Assembly: GCA_028534125.1 (NCBI GenBank)
Contig: CM052832.1
Span: forward strand, 7,442,001 to 7,506,000
Length of the DNA stretch: 64,000 nucleotides
Source: Lama glama
Taxonomy: Eukaryota
Direction: 5' to 3'
Below are positions 53,119 through 64,000 of the stretch, one piece after another (positions within the stretch are counted from its first letter, which is position 1; each line of letters begins with the position of its first letter). Under the pieces are notes generated by a model. The model did no database searches, was not told the origin of the DNA, and was given only the letters and a program-made list of their open reading frames with translations. Both the position numbers and the translations under genes were made by a program.

Positions 53119-54645
53119 CATGTACGTTTCCAGCCCCCTGACTAGTTGGAGGTGGGTAGGCAAATGAGGAGTAAGTAAAACTCTGCTGTTGGGCTTTTGC
53201 TTTTTCTTTTTTTTTTTAATGAAAGTGGCAAAGTGACTGGTGCTGCATCACCCATTTCCTTCTGAGGTGAATGTATAGGAGTTGGAACATGTGGCAGTGG
53301 TCCTCCGACAGCTCGGTGATGGGCATGAGGATGAAGAGCAGAAGAGTAAGGTGGAAAGATCAGGTTCCTGGGTTGTGTCTGTTGAGCAGCCAATCCTGTC
53401 CTCACAGTAGAGAGGTTTCACTGGTGTCTGTAGTTCTAGAAACTTCTCTTGCAGAAAAATATTGCCCAGCATAAGAGTCAGGTCTCCTGAGGTGGGTGGA
53501 GTCAACCCAAGACTTATAATGTGGCTGCGAACTAGGGCTTCTTATTCTGTGACCCAAGAGTCACTTTTATAGCCAGACCCAGATAATGCTTTCTTCTCGA
53601 CACCATACTTTATCAGTTAAACATTGCCCTTTTCAGAGGCAGGAAAATTTGTGGATTGTTCTAAAGATTTTGTGGAAGGAGTTTCTTATCAAGACCTAGA
53701 ATAGAATCTTTGGGTTTTTAGATTTTTCCTTGTAAAACAAAAGCATTGTGTCACCTACAAATTATAATCCTTTGCTCCTGTGAGTTTTGCTGTGTTCATT
53801 TATTTTTTTCTTCTGTACTTACTTTAATTTCTTATTTTACGCTTCTCATTTAAACATACAAATTTTACAGAATTTTTTTTTATTCAATTCAGTATTCATT
53901 TCAGGCAGTTAGGAAACTCACCATAATTCACTTACATATAAAAAATGTTTTTACCAGCTAAAACAATATTTTTAGTTTCAGATTTTGCTATGCTTGCAGA
54001 ATCTATGTGTGTTGTGCTCATTCATTTTTATGGAAAATCTTTATATCTCTAGACTGTAGACATAGTACCTATATTTTTGGTCATCTAATTTTAGACTAAT
54101 TTTCAAGAAAACATTTGGTCATGCATCGAAAATGTTTTCTCTTCTCCAAAGCCCTGCTGTTGTGCTGCTCCTCTGAACACTTGCCGTGGGTCTATCTTTT
54201 TGTAAAGTCCCTTCTAACATTCTGGAAACTTTCAACTGCCTTGTTTGGAAACCTGCCTCATACTAAAAATTTTTCAAAATAAACGATTAGTGAGTTTGTG
54301 TCTTCATTAACAAAAACATAAATGACTCACATCTCTCCCGGCCAAATGGCCCTTTAAGAGAAACAATTGGTATCCTTGTCAATGAACTTGGTTTTAACCA
54401 TTTGAGAAGTACATGTCATGCTTTATAATAGTCTTATGGTCCCTACATTTCAAGTGATATTTCAAGTTCTATTTCACTTCTCTGATGACTACAACGTAAT
54501 CATTTGGACCGAAATTTCTTTTGTTGTTTGTAACCTATAACTAATTTGAGGAATGTTAGAACCATCTTGTTACTACTTTTGTGTATGTGTTTATGTTTTT
54601 AGTTGTGACTTCTGTCCCTGCTTTCAGGAAACAAGTTCTGACTAA

Positions 54646-55840
54646 TTAATTGTTTTTGAAAAATTCCTGACATTACTGAACTGAAATATCTTAATGTTTC
54701 AATCTTAGATTTCTAAAACAGAAAATAAAATAGTTCAAGAGCAAGACCAACCAACAAACAAAAAACATAATAGGGAGAAGCTAACTAAATATGGATCTCA
54801 GTGATAATAGCTAAATAAAGAAAAGAATTAAAATACTGTAATTTAAAAATTACAAATTTATGACAGAGTTGTATAGAAACTAAAAATTTAGGGAGGAGAA
54901 TATATAGCTCAAGTGGTAGAGCCCATGCTTGACATGCACAGGGTCCTTGGTTCAATCCTCAGTACCTCCTCTAAAAAAAAGGAGTAAGAAAAACAAAAGA
55001 TAAAAATTTATAGTCTATTTAAATATGCACAGAATTGCTGGCTGTTCAGAAACTATGTAGATGAATCGTGGGTTATGGGAGAGTCTGCATAGTTCTAGCT
55101 AGTCTCCGTGACACCTGTCTCTGAAGGAAGTCTGATGTTTAGCTATTGGGTGAGGCTGATGATGGAGTAGATCCCTTGATGGTAACTGCCTATCAGTGGA
55201 TCTGTTCCCTGGGATGACAGTTTTGATCTGCAACTCAGATATCTGAGGTATCTAATTGATTGTGGAACTTTAGACACTCAGTTGGGCAGCCAGTTGAGGA
55301 TTTGGAATTGTGACTTCATGAGAAGTAATCTGAGCAGGTGCATTCAGACGTGCCCAGTAATCTTTCACCTCTGGAAGGGTGGCTTTAGTGTCACCAAGTC
55401 CAGTGTGGCCATGCTTGATGCTGTTCCATCAGGAAAAAGGTCCTGTTGCGTTGCCAACAAGCTTGAGCAAATCTAGCATACTGTAATGTTTGATGGTATA
55501 CTGTCCTTGAATGGTGGAGGCTCGACCACCTGCAGAGATGACTAGAGAACTGCACAGCTGGGTCATGTCCTTCATTGAGGGTGGGAGGATAGGGATGTGG
55601 AGACAGGACTCCAACACGGGTGCATGGATTTTTTTTGATATACTCCATTATGGATTGTGGAGTGCAGCAATAGAGATGGACACTCAGTCAAATTGAGAGG
55701 TGTATTCCTTGCCCCTTGAATTTGAAACCCTTTGTTCTCTCCTATTTCTTTGATCTGGCAACCACTTTTCCCAGTGAGTGAGCCCCAGTGACTAGCAGGG
55801 ACCGTTTGCCTCAGGGTGACCGTTAGTGGTGGGGTGTCTG
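54646..55840 (-). pseudogene. PCBP2: Processed, 5'-truncated pseudogene of poly(rC)-binding protein 2 (KH2, linker, KH3, stop, part of 3'UTR)
   Basis: Minus-strand translation gives VTLRQTVPASHWGSLTGKSGCQIKEIGENKG (PCBP2 VTLRLVVPASQCGSLIGKGGCKIKEIRESTG), SSLVISAGGRASTIQGQYTI (SSPVIFAGGQAYTIQGQYAI), PEVKDYWARLNAPAQITSHEVTIPN (PEVKGYWAGLDASAQTTSHELTIPN) and RLPSETGVTETS* (RLSSETGGMGSS*), with the stop at 55095-55097. Downstream sequence resembles the PCBP2 3'UTR (tgagatccatatttagtt; gtaatgtcaggaatttttcaaaaa). No introns; in-frame stop and frameshifts; KH1 absent. Confidence 0.93.
54891..55000 (+). mobile_element. Camelid SINE inserted in the 3'UTR of the PCBP2 pseudogene
   Basis: tatagctcaagtggtagagc...ggttcaatcctcagtacctcc; 10-bp TSD taaaaattta at 54881-54890 and 55001-55010. 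Confidence 0.92.
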
Positions 55841-56340
55841 TTGTTTTCCCATTGGGTACATATTCTTGGTGCCAGGAGCTCTACAATTTGTTTATATCAG
55901 GATCTGACCTCTGGCTTTGTACCTTCATAGCATTAAAAACAGATGGATCGGTATAGTGGGAAACAGGACTATTTCTGGAAGCCATTCCTATACCATGACA
56001 ACTAACAATAACCACGCAAGGAAGTGACTGTTAACCACTAAATATGCCCCCCCCCTCAAAAGGTATCCCCAATTCATCCTTCCGTTAGCTGGATTCTAAA
56101 ACTGCCTTTGGCCACTTAGAGTCACCTGACAAGAGGGAACTGTGTTGGAGGGAAGTCAGTGTGGAAAGAGACAGCTTTCTTAACTGTCTGTAAAAGAAAA
56201 TGACTTCATTTCTGTTGAGTTTTTTAAAAAATAAAATCATATGACCACGTATCTTAGAGCTCATCAGGTCCATGGAAAGGGTCAGTACAAATGAGGGGGC
56301 CTGAAGCTTAATTTCATTAAGTTTATGATAAATCTACTTG
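55841..56340. mobile_element. hAT-Tip100-like (MamTip/Zaphod-like) DNA transposon end
   Basis: Terminus gggcctgaagcttaatttcattaagtttatgataaatctac; internal ctggaagccattcctatacc and ggaagtgactg. Confidence 0.55.
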
Positions 56341-56855
56341 TGTATGTTTGTGAAGTATGTAAGATGAACTTGACAGTTATTACAGGATCAAGAAAACACA
56401 ATGCAAATAGACAAAACAGTATGAGTTTATTAATACAGTATTGTGAAGTAGTAAGAGCTGTTTTTCACTATTCACACACACATATATGGTTTACTGAATA
56501 AGCTGTGTTAAAAGTTCTGAATTGATTTTTATTTAAATCAAGTTTTATTTTATGTCTAGACTTTATGCAGCCTTATGTTGGGATTCTATGGGGGTTATAC
56601 ATATAATTCTTATCTTAAGGGAGTTTATAAGTCTTATTGAAGTAATAGACTTATATGGAATAATTTAAGAGTAATTTACAACATTATGCTAATTACATCT
56701 AATGACTGTATATTGTGTAAGAGAATCATGCTCTCCTCACAACAGCTCTCTGAGCACCTGGAGAGAAGTCATTTTATAGCTGCAGAAACAGAATCAGCAA
56801 GTAACTCTTGGAGCTAGGACCAGGATCCATATTATTTGCCTCTTTATTTTCTTTT

Positions 56856-56894
56856 ATTTCATTTCATTTCATTTCATTTCATTTCATTTCATTT
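56856..56894 (+). repeat. (ATTTC)n pentanucleotide repeat, at least 7 units, truncated by gap
   Basis: Seven perfect units plus attt, then N. Confidence 0.97.
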
Positions 56895-57394
56895 NNNNNN
56901 NNNNNNNNNNNNNNNNNNNNNNNNNNNNNNNNNNNNNNNNNNNNNNNNNNNNNNNNNNNNNNNNNNNNNNNNNNNNNNNNNNNNNNNNNNNNNNNNNNNN
57001 NNNNNNNNNNNNNNNNNNNNNNNNNNNNNNNNNNNNNNNNNNNNNNNNNNNNNNNNNNNNNNNNNNNNNNNNNNNNNNNNNNNNNNNNNNNNNNNNNNNN
57101 NNNNNNNNNNNNNNNNNNNNNNNNNNNNNNNNNNNNNNNNNNNNNNNNNNNNNNNNNNNNNNNNNNNNNNNNNNNNNNNNNNNNNNNNNNNNNNNNNNNN
57201 NNNNNNNNNNNNNNNNNNNNNNNNNNNNNNNNNNNNNNNNNNNNNNNNNNNNNNNNNNNNNNNNNNNNNNNNNNNNNNNNNNNNNNNNNNNNNNNNNNNN
57301 NNNNNNNNNNNNNNNNNNNNNNNNNNNNNNNNNNNNNNNNNNNNNNNNNNNNNNNNNNNNNNNNNNNNNNNNNNNNNNNNNNNNNNNNNNNNNN
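56895..57394. other. Assembly gap (500 N)
   Basis: N run. Confidence 1.
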
Positions 57395-57426
57395 GTTCTG
57401 TATAGGTTAGGATTAGAATTATTGAG

Positions 57427-58329
57427 GAACATTGAGTGTGTTTATCTTTTTAAATCTGAGTTTTTATCTTTTCTGAATATATGCCCAGGAGTGGAATTGC
57501 TGGATCATATAGTAGTTCTATTTTTAGTTTTCTAAAGGGACCTTCATACTATTTTCCAGAGTGGCTGCATCAGTTTACATTCCCACCAACAGTGTAGGAA
57601 AGTTTCTTTTTTTCCACACCCTCTTTATTATTTGTAAACTTTTTGATGATAGCCTTTCTGACTGGTGTGATGTGATACCTTATTGTGGTTTTGATTTGCA
57701 TTTCTCTAATAATTAGTGATGTTGAGCATCTCTTCATATGCCTGTTGGCCATCTGTGTGTCTTCATTGCCTAAATGTCTATTTAGCTCTTTTGCTACAAT
57801 TTACAATAGCCAAAACATGGAAACAACCCAAGTGCCCATCAGTAGACAATTTAAGAAAAGGTGGTATAGATATACAATGGACTATTACTCAGTCATAAAA
57901 AAGAATGAAATATTGCCATTTGCAGCAACATGGATGGACCTAGCAAATATCATACTATGTGAAGTAAATCAGACAGAGGAAAACAAATATATGATATCAC
58001 TTACATTTGGAATCTAAAAAGTAATACAAATCAATCTATATACAAGATAGAAACAGATTCATAGACATAGAAAACAAACTTATGGTTACCAAAGGAGAAG
58101 GACAGAGGGGAAAGGAAAATCAAGAGTTTGGGGTTAATAGATACAAACTACTATGCATAAAATAGATAAGCAACAAAAACTTACTGTATAGCGCAGGGAA
58201 CTATATTCAACATTTTGTAATAACCATAATGGAAAATAATCTGAAAAAATATATATATAACTGAATCACTTTGCTGTATATCTGAAACTAACAGAATGTT
58301 GTAAATCAACTATACTTCAAGTTAAAAAA
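57427..58329 (+). mobile_element. L1 insertion with 5' inversion: inverted part ~57427-57794, sense 3' part ~57796-58329
   Basis: Minus [23 protein letters not shown] abuts plus [14 protein letters not shown] and a full 3'UTR ending aatcaactatacttcaagttaaaaaa. Confidence 0.9.
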
Positions 58330-58633
58330 TTATTAACAAGGAAAGTTTTAAATAGTTTTTGAAAGAATTGTACATACAAGTTATGGAACCACTTTAGCTA
58401 CATAAATGTCTTCAGTGTTTAAAGTAATCAAAAAAGGATATTTGCAGGATTCCTTATTAAATAATCATTTTCTTCCATTTGATAAAGAAGAATGTAGAGA
58501 TTGAAAAATTACTGTACATCAGAGCTTGAGAAAAGTGACTGTTAGGGATTGCAGTTATAAAATACTTCTATTGAATAGTTTTCAAAAGTTATTTTAGATA
58601 CCTAATTTTCAGAATGATGATTATGATCTGGAA

Positions 58634-58813
58634 CAGTGATTTTCATCCTTGACCAAATATTAGAATTACTTAAAAAGCTTTTTAAAAATACTGATGCCTG
58701 AGCCCCTACCCAGACCAACTAAATCAGAATGTCCTAGGGAGTGGAATTTTGGCATTGATATGTTTTTCAGTGACTCAGTCATTCTGTTGTGCAGTTAGGT
58801 TTGAGAATGACCA
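58634..58813. mobile_element. MER5A-type hAT-Charlie element
   Basis: aaaaatactgatgcctgagcccctacccagaccaactaaatcagaat; perfect 8-bp TSD atctggaa at 58626-58633 and 58814-58821. Confidence 0.9.
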
Positions 58814-58887
58814 ATCTGGAATGAGGGAAGTTCACTTGTAATATACATTATCAGTGAAAAGTTAAATCGTGTGTTTATTTTGTTCCC

Positions 58888-58957
58888 TTTTTTAATTGAA
58901 ATGTAGTTGATTTACAATGTTGTATTAGTTTCTTGGGTACAGCATAGTGACTCAGTT
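58888..58957 (-). mobile_element. Very short L1 3' end
   Basis: ttttttaattgaaatgtagttgatttacaatgttgtattagtttc...tacagcatagtgactcagtta, reverse-complement-similar to 58255-58329. Confidence 0.8.
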
Positions 58958-59715
58958 AAATCATATATTTATTTTTGGAAGCTGGTTTTAATTACTGTAT
59001 TTTAAAATAATATGACGTTTTAAAATATTAAAGTTGATATTCCTTTTTCTGAGTCATATGTTGATTGTTAAGCCTTTTAAATTATTATGACATCACTGGA
59101 ACTCATTTCTAAAAATGATTTTATATGTAAACAGAATTGAATAATAGTCCCTTGAAGTTGAAAGGAGGAAAAATGAGGGTTTCATCAGAAAAAAAATCGT
59201 ATTTTTGCCAGATAATTGCATTTTCATTAAAAGTTATTGGAATTGGAATTCTATTTACTTATTAACATTCCCTGATCAAATCAGCAGAGATCAAGGATAA
59301 TTGGTGAAGTCTGTTAAATTCTTTGCACTTGTATCTTAACTTTAACATATTATCAGAATCCTATATTCTTTTTTACTAGTACTGTGGAAATTATGGTATT
59401 AAAATGTCACAGAATTACTTATATTTTTAATTAAAAATTACAAATTATTCTTTCAAGTTATTTATTCCAAAAATCTTGTCAAAAGTCAAAAGATTTCATC
59501 GTTCTAATATAGACAATTTTTTTTAAAAGAAATAAGTCCTGGATACTTTTTTATATTACTTTTTTTTCACCCTTGTTTATAATTACTTTCATGGAATTGG
59601 AACCTAAAAAATACCTTGTTTTATATTGTGCTTATAAAATTGTTACTATTTTATGTGGATTGATGAATAATGAATACTGCAAACCTGGCATTGATTTAAA
59701 CATTTTTAGAAGCAT

Positions 59716-59769
59716 AAACTTCTTGAAATCATTCTTAATCCCAGAAACTTTTTGAAATCATTCTTAATC
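59716..59769. repeat. Local tandem duplication (25-bp unit, period 29)
   Basis: aaactt(c/t)ttgaaatcattcttaatc twice. Confidence 0.9.
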
Positions 59770-61524
59770 ATATGAGTAGCAGAACAGAAAAGGGAAAGGA
59801 AAGGGAGATAGCGTTTTAAAATTTATACCAGTCATTGAGCCTGTGCCTTTAAATGTGGTAGGAAAGGTTATCCAAAGAAGTGTTTGCATTGAACCCTTTC
59901 ACCATTCTTGAATTCAGGAAGGATGCAACAGTTTTGTTAGTTAAAAAACACTATACAAATGTTGAGGATGTCTGCATGACATTCGGGGATTGAAATCATT
60001 TTGTCATCCTGTGATAAGAACAAGACCAGGTGGCTCTATTCTGTGGCTTAGGATGTGGGTTTCTTTGGCTCTGCTGGTCTCAGACACTGAGGAAAACAAG
60101 TTACATATGCAAAATGAGCAGTCTTTTTAGCTCCATTTAGCTTAGTGGTATAATTATTGGCCAGGGGATCTGATCTATTGACCATTTTGTTGCAAGCTAT
60201 GTAGCTATGTTCTTTTTGTTTTTTTTTTGTTTTTTTTTTTGGTCTAGAGTGTAGATGGGTAACACTGAAGAATTATAAATACGTTGTTTAAGATAGAAGT
60301 ACTGAGTTTGGCTTTATTCTCATTGTATTTGAATGTCAGATGAATAATTTTCTGTAATCTGTATTTCAAAAATGAATATTGCCCTATTGTGGGTAGAAAG
60401 GCCTCTCATGTATATTTAAGGGAACTTTTATTGATGTCTTGCAGCAGAATGCTTCATAGTAGCTTCTAGTTAACTTTCTTGCCCTAATTCATGGTGACCC
60501 TAGGGTCTCAGTCTTGTCCCTTATTCTTTTTTTTGTCTTATTTTTCTTTTATTCATTATAAAAACAGCATTCTCAATCATTTGTTTATAATGCAAAACCT
60601 ACTTACTGTTTATGAGAAATTTATGATTCAGCCTATACATTAACTCTTGCAGCTATCTTTGAACCTCCATCTCCTTCTCTTACTGTAAACAAGCACTTTA
60701 ACTAGAAGAGACATTTTCCCCTTTAGAGTTTCCTGAAGATACTCGTAGTAAATGCTATGGATCTTGAGTCCTCGGGGAATAAACAGTCAAGCTTTCAGAA
60801 TCTCTTCTTTCTAGACTCATCTTTTTCCACTCCACCTCCATGCCTAAAATAGATCCACCTAAATTTTACATATTGGGCTTTTATGTAAGATTTCAGTTAA
60901 GGACAAGATACCAGCTGCTTTAATAAAAGAAAAGAAAAGTAGTATTAAACTACTGGGCTAGATAATCTTTAAAGTCTTGTCTTGTCTTTACTATTTCCTC
61001 AAAATAAGTCTTATTCTAAGACAATTCTAAATACAAAGATGAAATCAAATTGAATTGTATAGAAATTTAAGGTATATGGTGATACAATCTTTTATATCAT
61101 GTCAACAACGAGTAGGTGAATTATGTAAAGATTTTTATGTTTACAAGGAATTCTCTGAGTACATTTTGTGATTCATGGAAATACAAGGTTAGACAGGGTG
61201 GGGTTATAGCAAAATCCCCATCTCATGTTAGTAAGAAGAAGCGAAGCCTAATGGAGTGAGTGAACTTTTAAAACCTATTTTAATTATGTAACTGTGTACT
61301 TGGCAACTCAAAACAATATAGTACTTTGTGAATGTTAGCAATAATTTTTGACCTGTCTTTGGCAACACAAATATACACAGTCAGCTTCCATTTAATACTT
61401 AATAATGTATTATTGTTCCTATGAAGGTTTAGTTTTCAGTTTGTTTTTTTATTGTTCCATTATTTATTATACTTTATTATTTAAAATTATTTAACAAACA
61501 TGAGAAATATATTTTATGTCTGGG

Positions 61525-61605
61525 CTTTTTTGGGGGCTAAGGGGTATTTAGGTTTATTAATTTATTTAATGGAGGTACTGGGAATTGAACCCAGGACCTC
61601 ATGCA
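61525..61605 (-). mobile_element. 5'-truncated camelid SINE
   Basis: aatggaggtactgggaattgaacccaggacctcatgca; degenerate flanking repeat gagaaata...atgtct. Confidence 0.85.
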
Positions 61606-61699
61606 GAGAAATAAAGTCTTAATGTCTATCTGTTGTTCCTATTAAAGTGACTAGTTCTTTTGCTCCTATTAATGTCCTTATTAAGAGCTAATTCTTTCA

Positions 61700-62206
61700 A
61701 CCTACCATGCCTGAGACATTATTCCAGCCACTGGGGCTGCAGTTGTAAACCAGATGAAGTTTCTGTCTTCATGAAGCCTACATTCTGATCACAGAGGTAG
61801 ACAGCAAGTAAGTAGCTACGCGATATATGTCTTACAGTGCTGGGTCCTAGGAGCAGTAATACAGCAAGGCGAGAGGGTACAGGGTGATAGAAGCGAGTAT
61901 TTTCAATATGGTGTTCATGAAAGACCACTTTGAAAGGTCGTATTTGAGCAGAGATCTGAATGAAGTTATGCCAATATTGGGGGAAGGAGCAGTTCCCATC
62001 TGAGGGAAAAGCAAATGTAAAAGCCTTGAGGTGGGGACATATTTTGACTGTTAAAGAAACAGTGAGACGGCTGTTTGGTGAGGGAAGAAGGAACACGGTA
62101 GGTAGATAAGGGCAAAGAAACCAGGCCTTGCAGGCCATGGCCAGGGGTTGTGATTTTACTTAAAAAAAAAAAAAAATATATATATATATACACACACAAA
62201 CACACG

Positions 62207-62262
<56 letters not shown>

Positions 62263-62580
62263 AAATTGGAGGACTTTGATGAAGGAGGGATGTGTTTGGT
62301 TTTAGAAGGCTCACTCTAGCTGCTGTGTGGAGGAAAGACATGAGGTGGGACAAAGGTGTAAGCAGAAAAATCAGATAGAAGGCTATCATAGTAGACTAGG
62401 CTAGAGATGATGGTGGCTTGGATTAGGGCAGCAGTATTTGGCGATGTGAAAAGTGATGAGTTTCTAGAAATATTTTGAAGTTAGTTGGCAAGATTTACTA
62501 ATAGATCAGATGTGGAGCATAAGAAAAAGAGGAGTTGATTCTAAGGCCTTTGGGCTGAAGAATTGGGTGAATGAGTGTAT
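61700..62580 (-). mobile_element. L2 3' region
   Basis: atgaagcctacattct...atttgagcagagatctgaatga...gaaggctcactctagctgctgtgtggagg...agagatgatggtggcttgga. Confidence 0.88.
62162..62254. repeat. poly(A)/(TA)n/(CA)n compound microsatellite
   Basis: Directly visible. Confidence 0.95.
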
Positions 62581-63324
62581 ATATATATAGTCACAATAGT
62601 TTATGTAAGAGAACCAGAAGTTAAAATGTTTAAGAGCACATTGTGTGCTAACAGTTTGGAATGAGTATGTAAATAAAGGTGGGAGACCCCCCTGTAACTT
62701 GAGAGCATTGGCTCTGATATGAGCAAACTCGGATGTCACTTCATGACTGAAAGTTAGTTCTACTCTAATGCAGCATAACTTGTTGCTAAAAAATCATCAT
62801 GGCATGCAGAATCAGACAGGAGAAGCCACAAGACTCAGGGAAAATGAGATTGTGGCACGATAAAAAACTTGTCATTAATGTATTAGAAAATCAGCAATGT
62901 TAAATGGCCAACAAATGAATACTGCACTACATTTGACACTTCATATTGCAAAATATGTTTATTCCCTTGTAGAGGGAGTTGTGAAAAGGGCTGCAAGATG
63001 GTGAGTTTTTGCGGAGTGATGGGAGGAAGCTTACTGATACCTAAAGGAAAGCTGTTAACACTGGATGTGAGTGGGTGTGCTTTCCAGGCCACATGGTGGA
63101 CCGAGGCCGCCAGTAGCTGCGTGCAGCGGGCGCTCCCTGCATCCCTGCGTGGCTTAGTGCAGCGGGCCGGGGTTCTCTACGTTCACCTTGTTTCTTGTGG
63201 ATAAACTTGCTCACAGCAAGCATGAAATTTGAGTTATACTCACACTGTTCCCTCATATATCCATTGTACTGGAATAAATTTACGTTTTCAAACTGTTACT
63301 GCAGAACTAACAGTACCATCTAGT

Positions 63325-63470
63325 GACCTTTGTCACATTTCATAACCTTCCAGAGCCTTGCTTTTTGCATATGTGAAATAGGGATAATAACCTTATAGGG
63401 TTTGGGGGAGGGTTAAGTGAATGTATACATTGAAATTTAGAATAGAATATGCTACGTGTTTGTTAAAAAC
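63325..63470 (+). mobile_element. MIR SINE
   Basis: gaccttt...catatgtgaaatagggataataaccttatagggttt...gagggttaagtga. Confidence 0.7.
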
Positions 63471-64000
63471 GAACCACTTTCCCTCAACCTCTATTTAGAA
63501 ATTGCCCTATCTGGAGAAATTGAAAATGTAAAATACATGTTTTGTGATTTTTATTTCTCTAGTTAGGCATAGATGGAGGAGCATAGATTTAGCTTTTTAC
63601 AGGTGGTATCAGCCTATAGCCTGTCATCCAGTTCCTGTCAGCAGTAATGCCTTGCTTTACCGTGGGACTACATACATGGTACAAAGTTAGCATGTGATCA
63701 TTGCTTAATTTTCTCTACAGTGATATCTTTATTAAAATAACATATTTATTTAACTGCTAGCTAACTGACACTTTTTCTTTTACCTTCTTTTCTTCTTCCC
63801 TCACTTCTAGTGTCTCATCTGAGGCCTTAATCTTTCACCTTCAGTGTTACCAGAACGGAACTGAATTCTTGGCTTTCACCCCTTTCCCTGTCCCTGGTGC
63901 TGAGATGCGCCTCCTTCTCCCATTGCCCCGACGCGTCCATGCTCCATACTGCCGACAGTGACAGGGCGCTCAGAATTCTCTCTTCCTCTTCAAGCCGTCT

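Noticed and set aside
55340..55440. KHGHTGLGDTKATLPEVKDYW first read as a Gypsy integrase zinc-finger (HxGHxG..T...YW)
   Set aside because: Flanking peptides and 3'UTR match PCBP2 far better (THGNTGFSGIESSSPEVKGYW)
1..64000. CRISPR arrays, operons or other prokaryotic-style systems
   Set aside because: Mammalian repeat-rich DNA; no regularly spaced repeat-spacer array or intact enzyme ORF

Overview
Mammalian, most likely camelid, non-coding genomic DNA. The species inference rests on six copies of a tRNA-derived Vic-1-like SINE and artiodactyl-type L1 3' ends. The + strand looks T- and G-skewed and most L1s lie on the - strand, which suggests a large intron of a gene transcribed on +; the host gene cannot be identified. 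There are four assembly gaps, and roughly half the window is recognisable interspersed repeat (L1, L2, MIR, LTRs, hAT/Tigger DNA transposons). No intact protein-coding gene is supported: the long ORFs are N-gap artefacts or L1 remnants. The best non-repeat feature is a decayed, 5'-truncated processed pseudogene of PCBP2 (~54646-55840, - strand), copied from the exon-skipped alphaCP2-KL-type isoform and later hit by a SINE. Other points of interest are a twin-primed inverted L1, a 3'-truncated L1 that still has target-site duplications (TSDs), a tight NBRE/kappaB/GAS motif cluster, an (ATTTC)n repeat running into a gap, and a few unverified candidate exons. I found no evidence of a novel biological system. 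Repeat subfamily names are from memory of consensus sequences and need RepeatMasker/Dfam confirmation.
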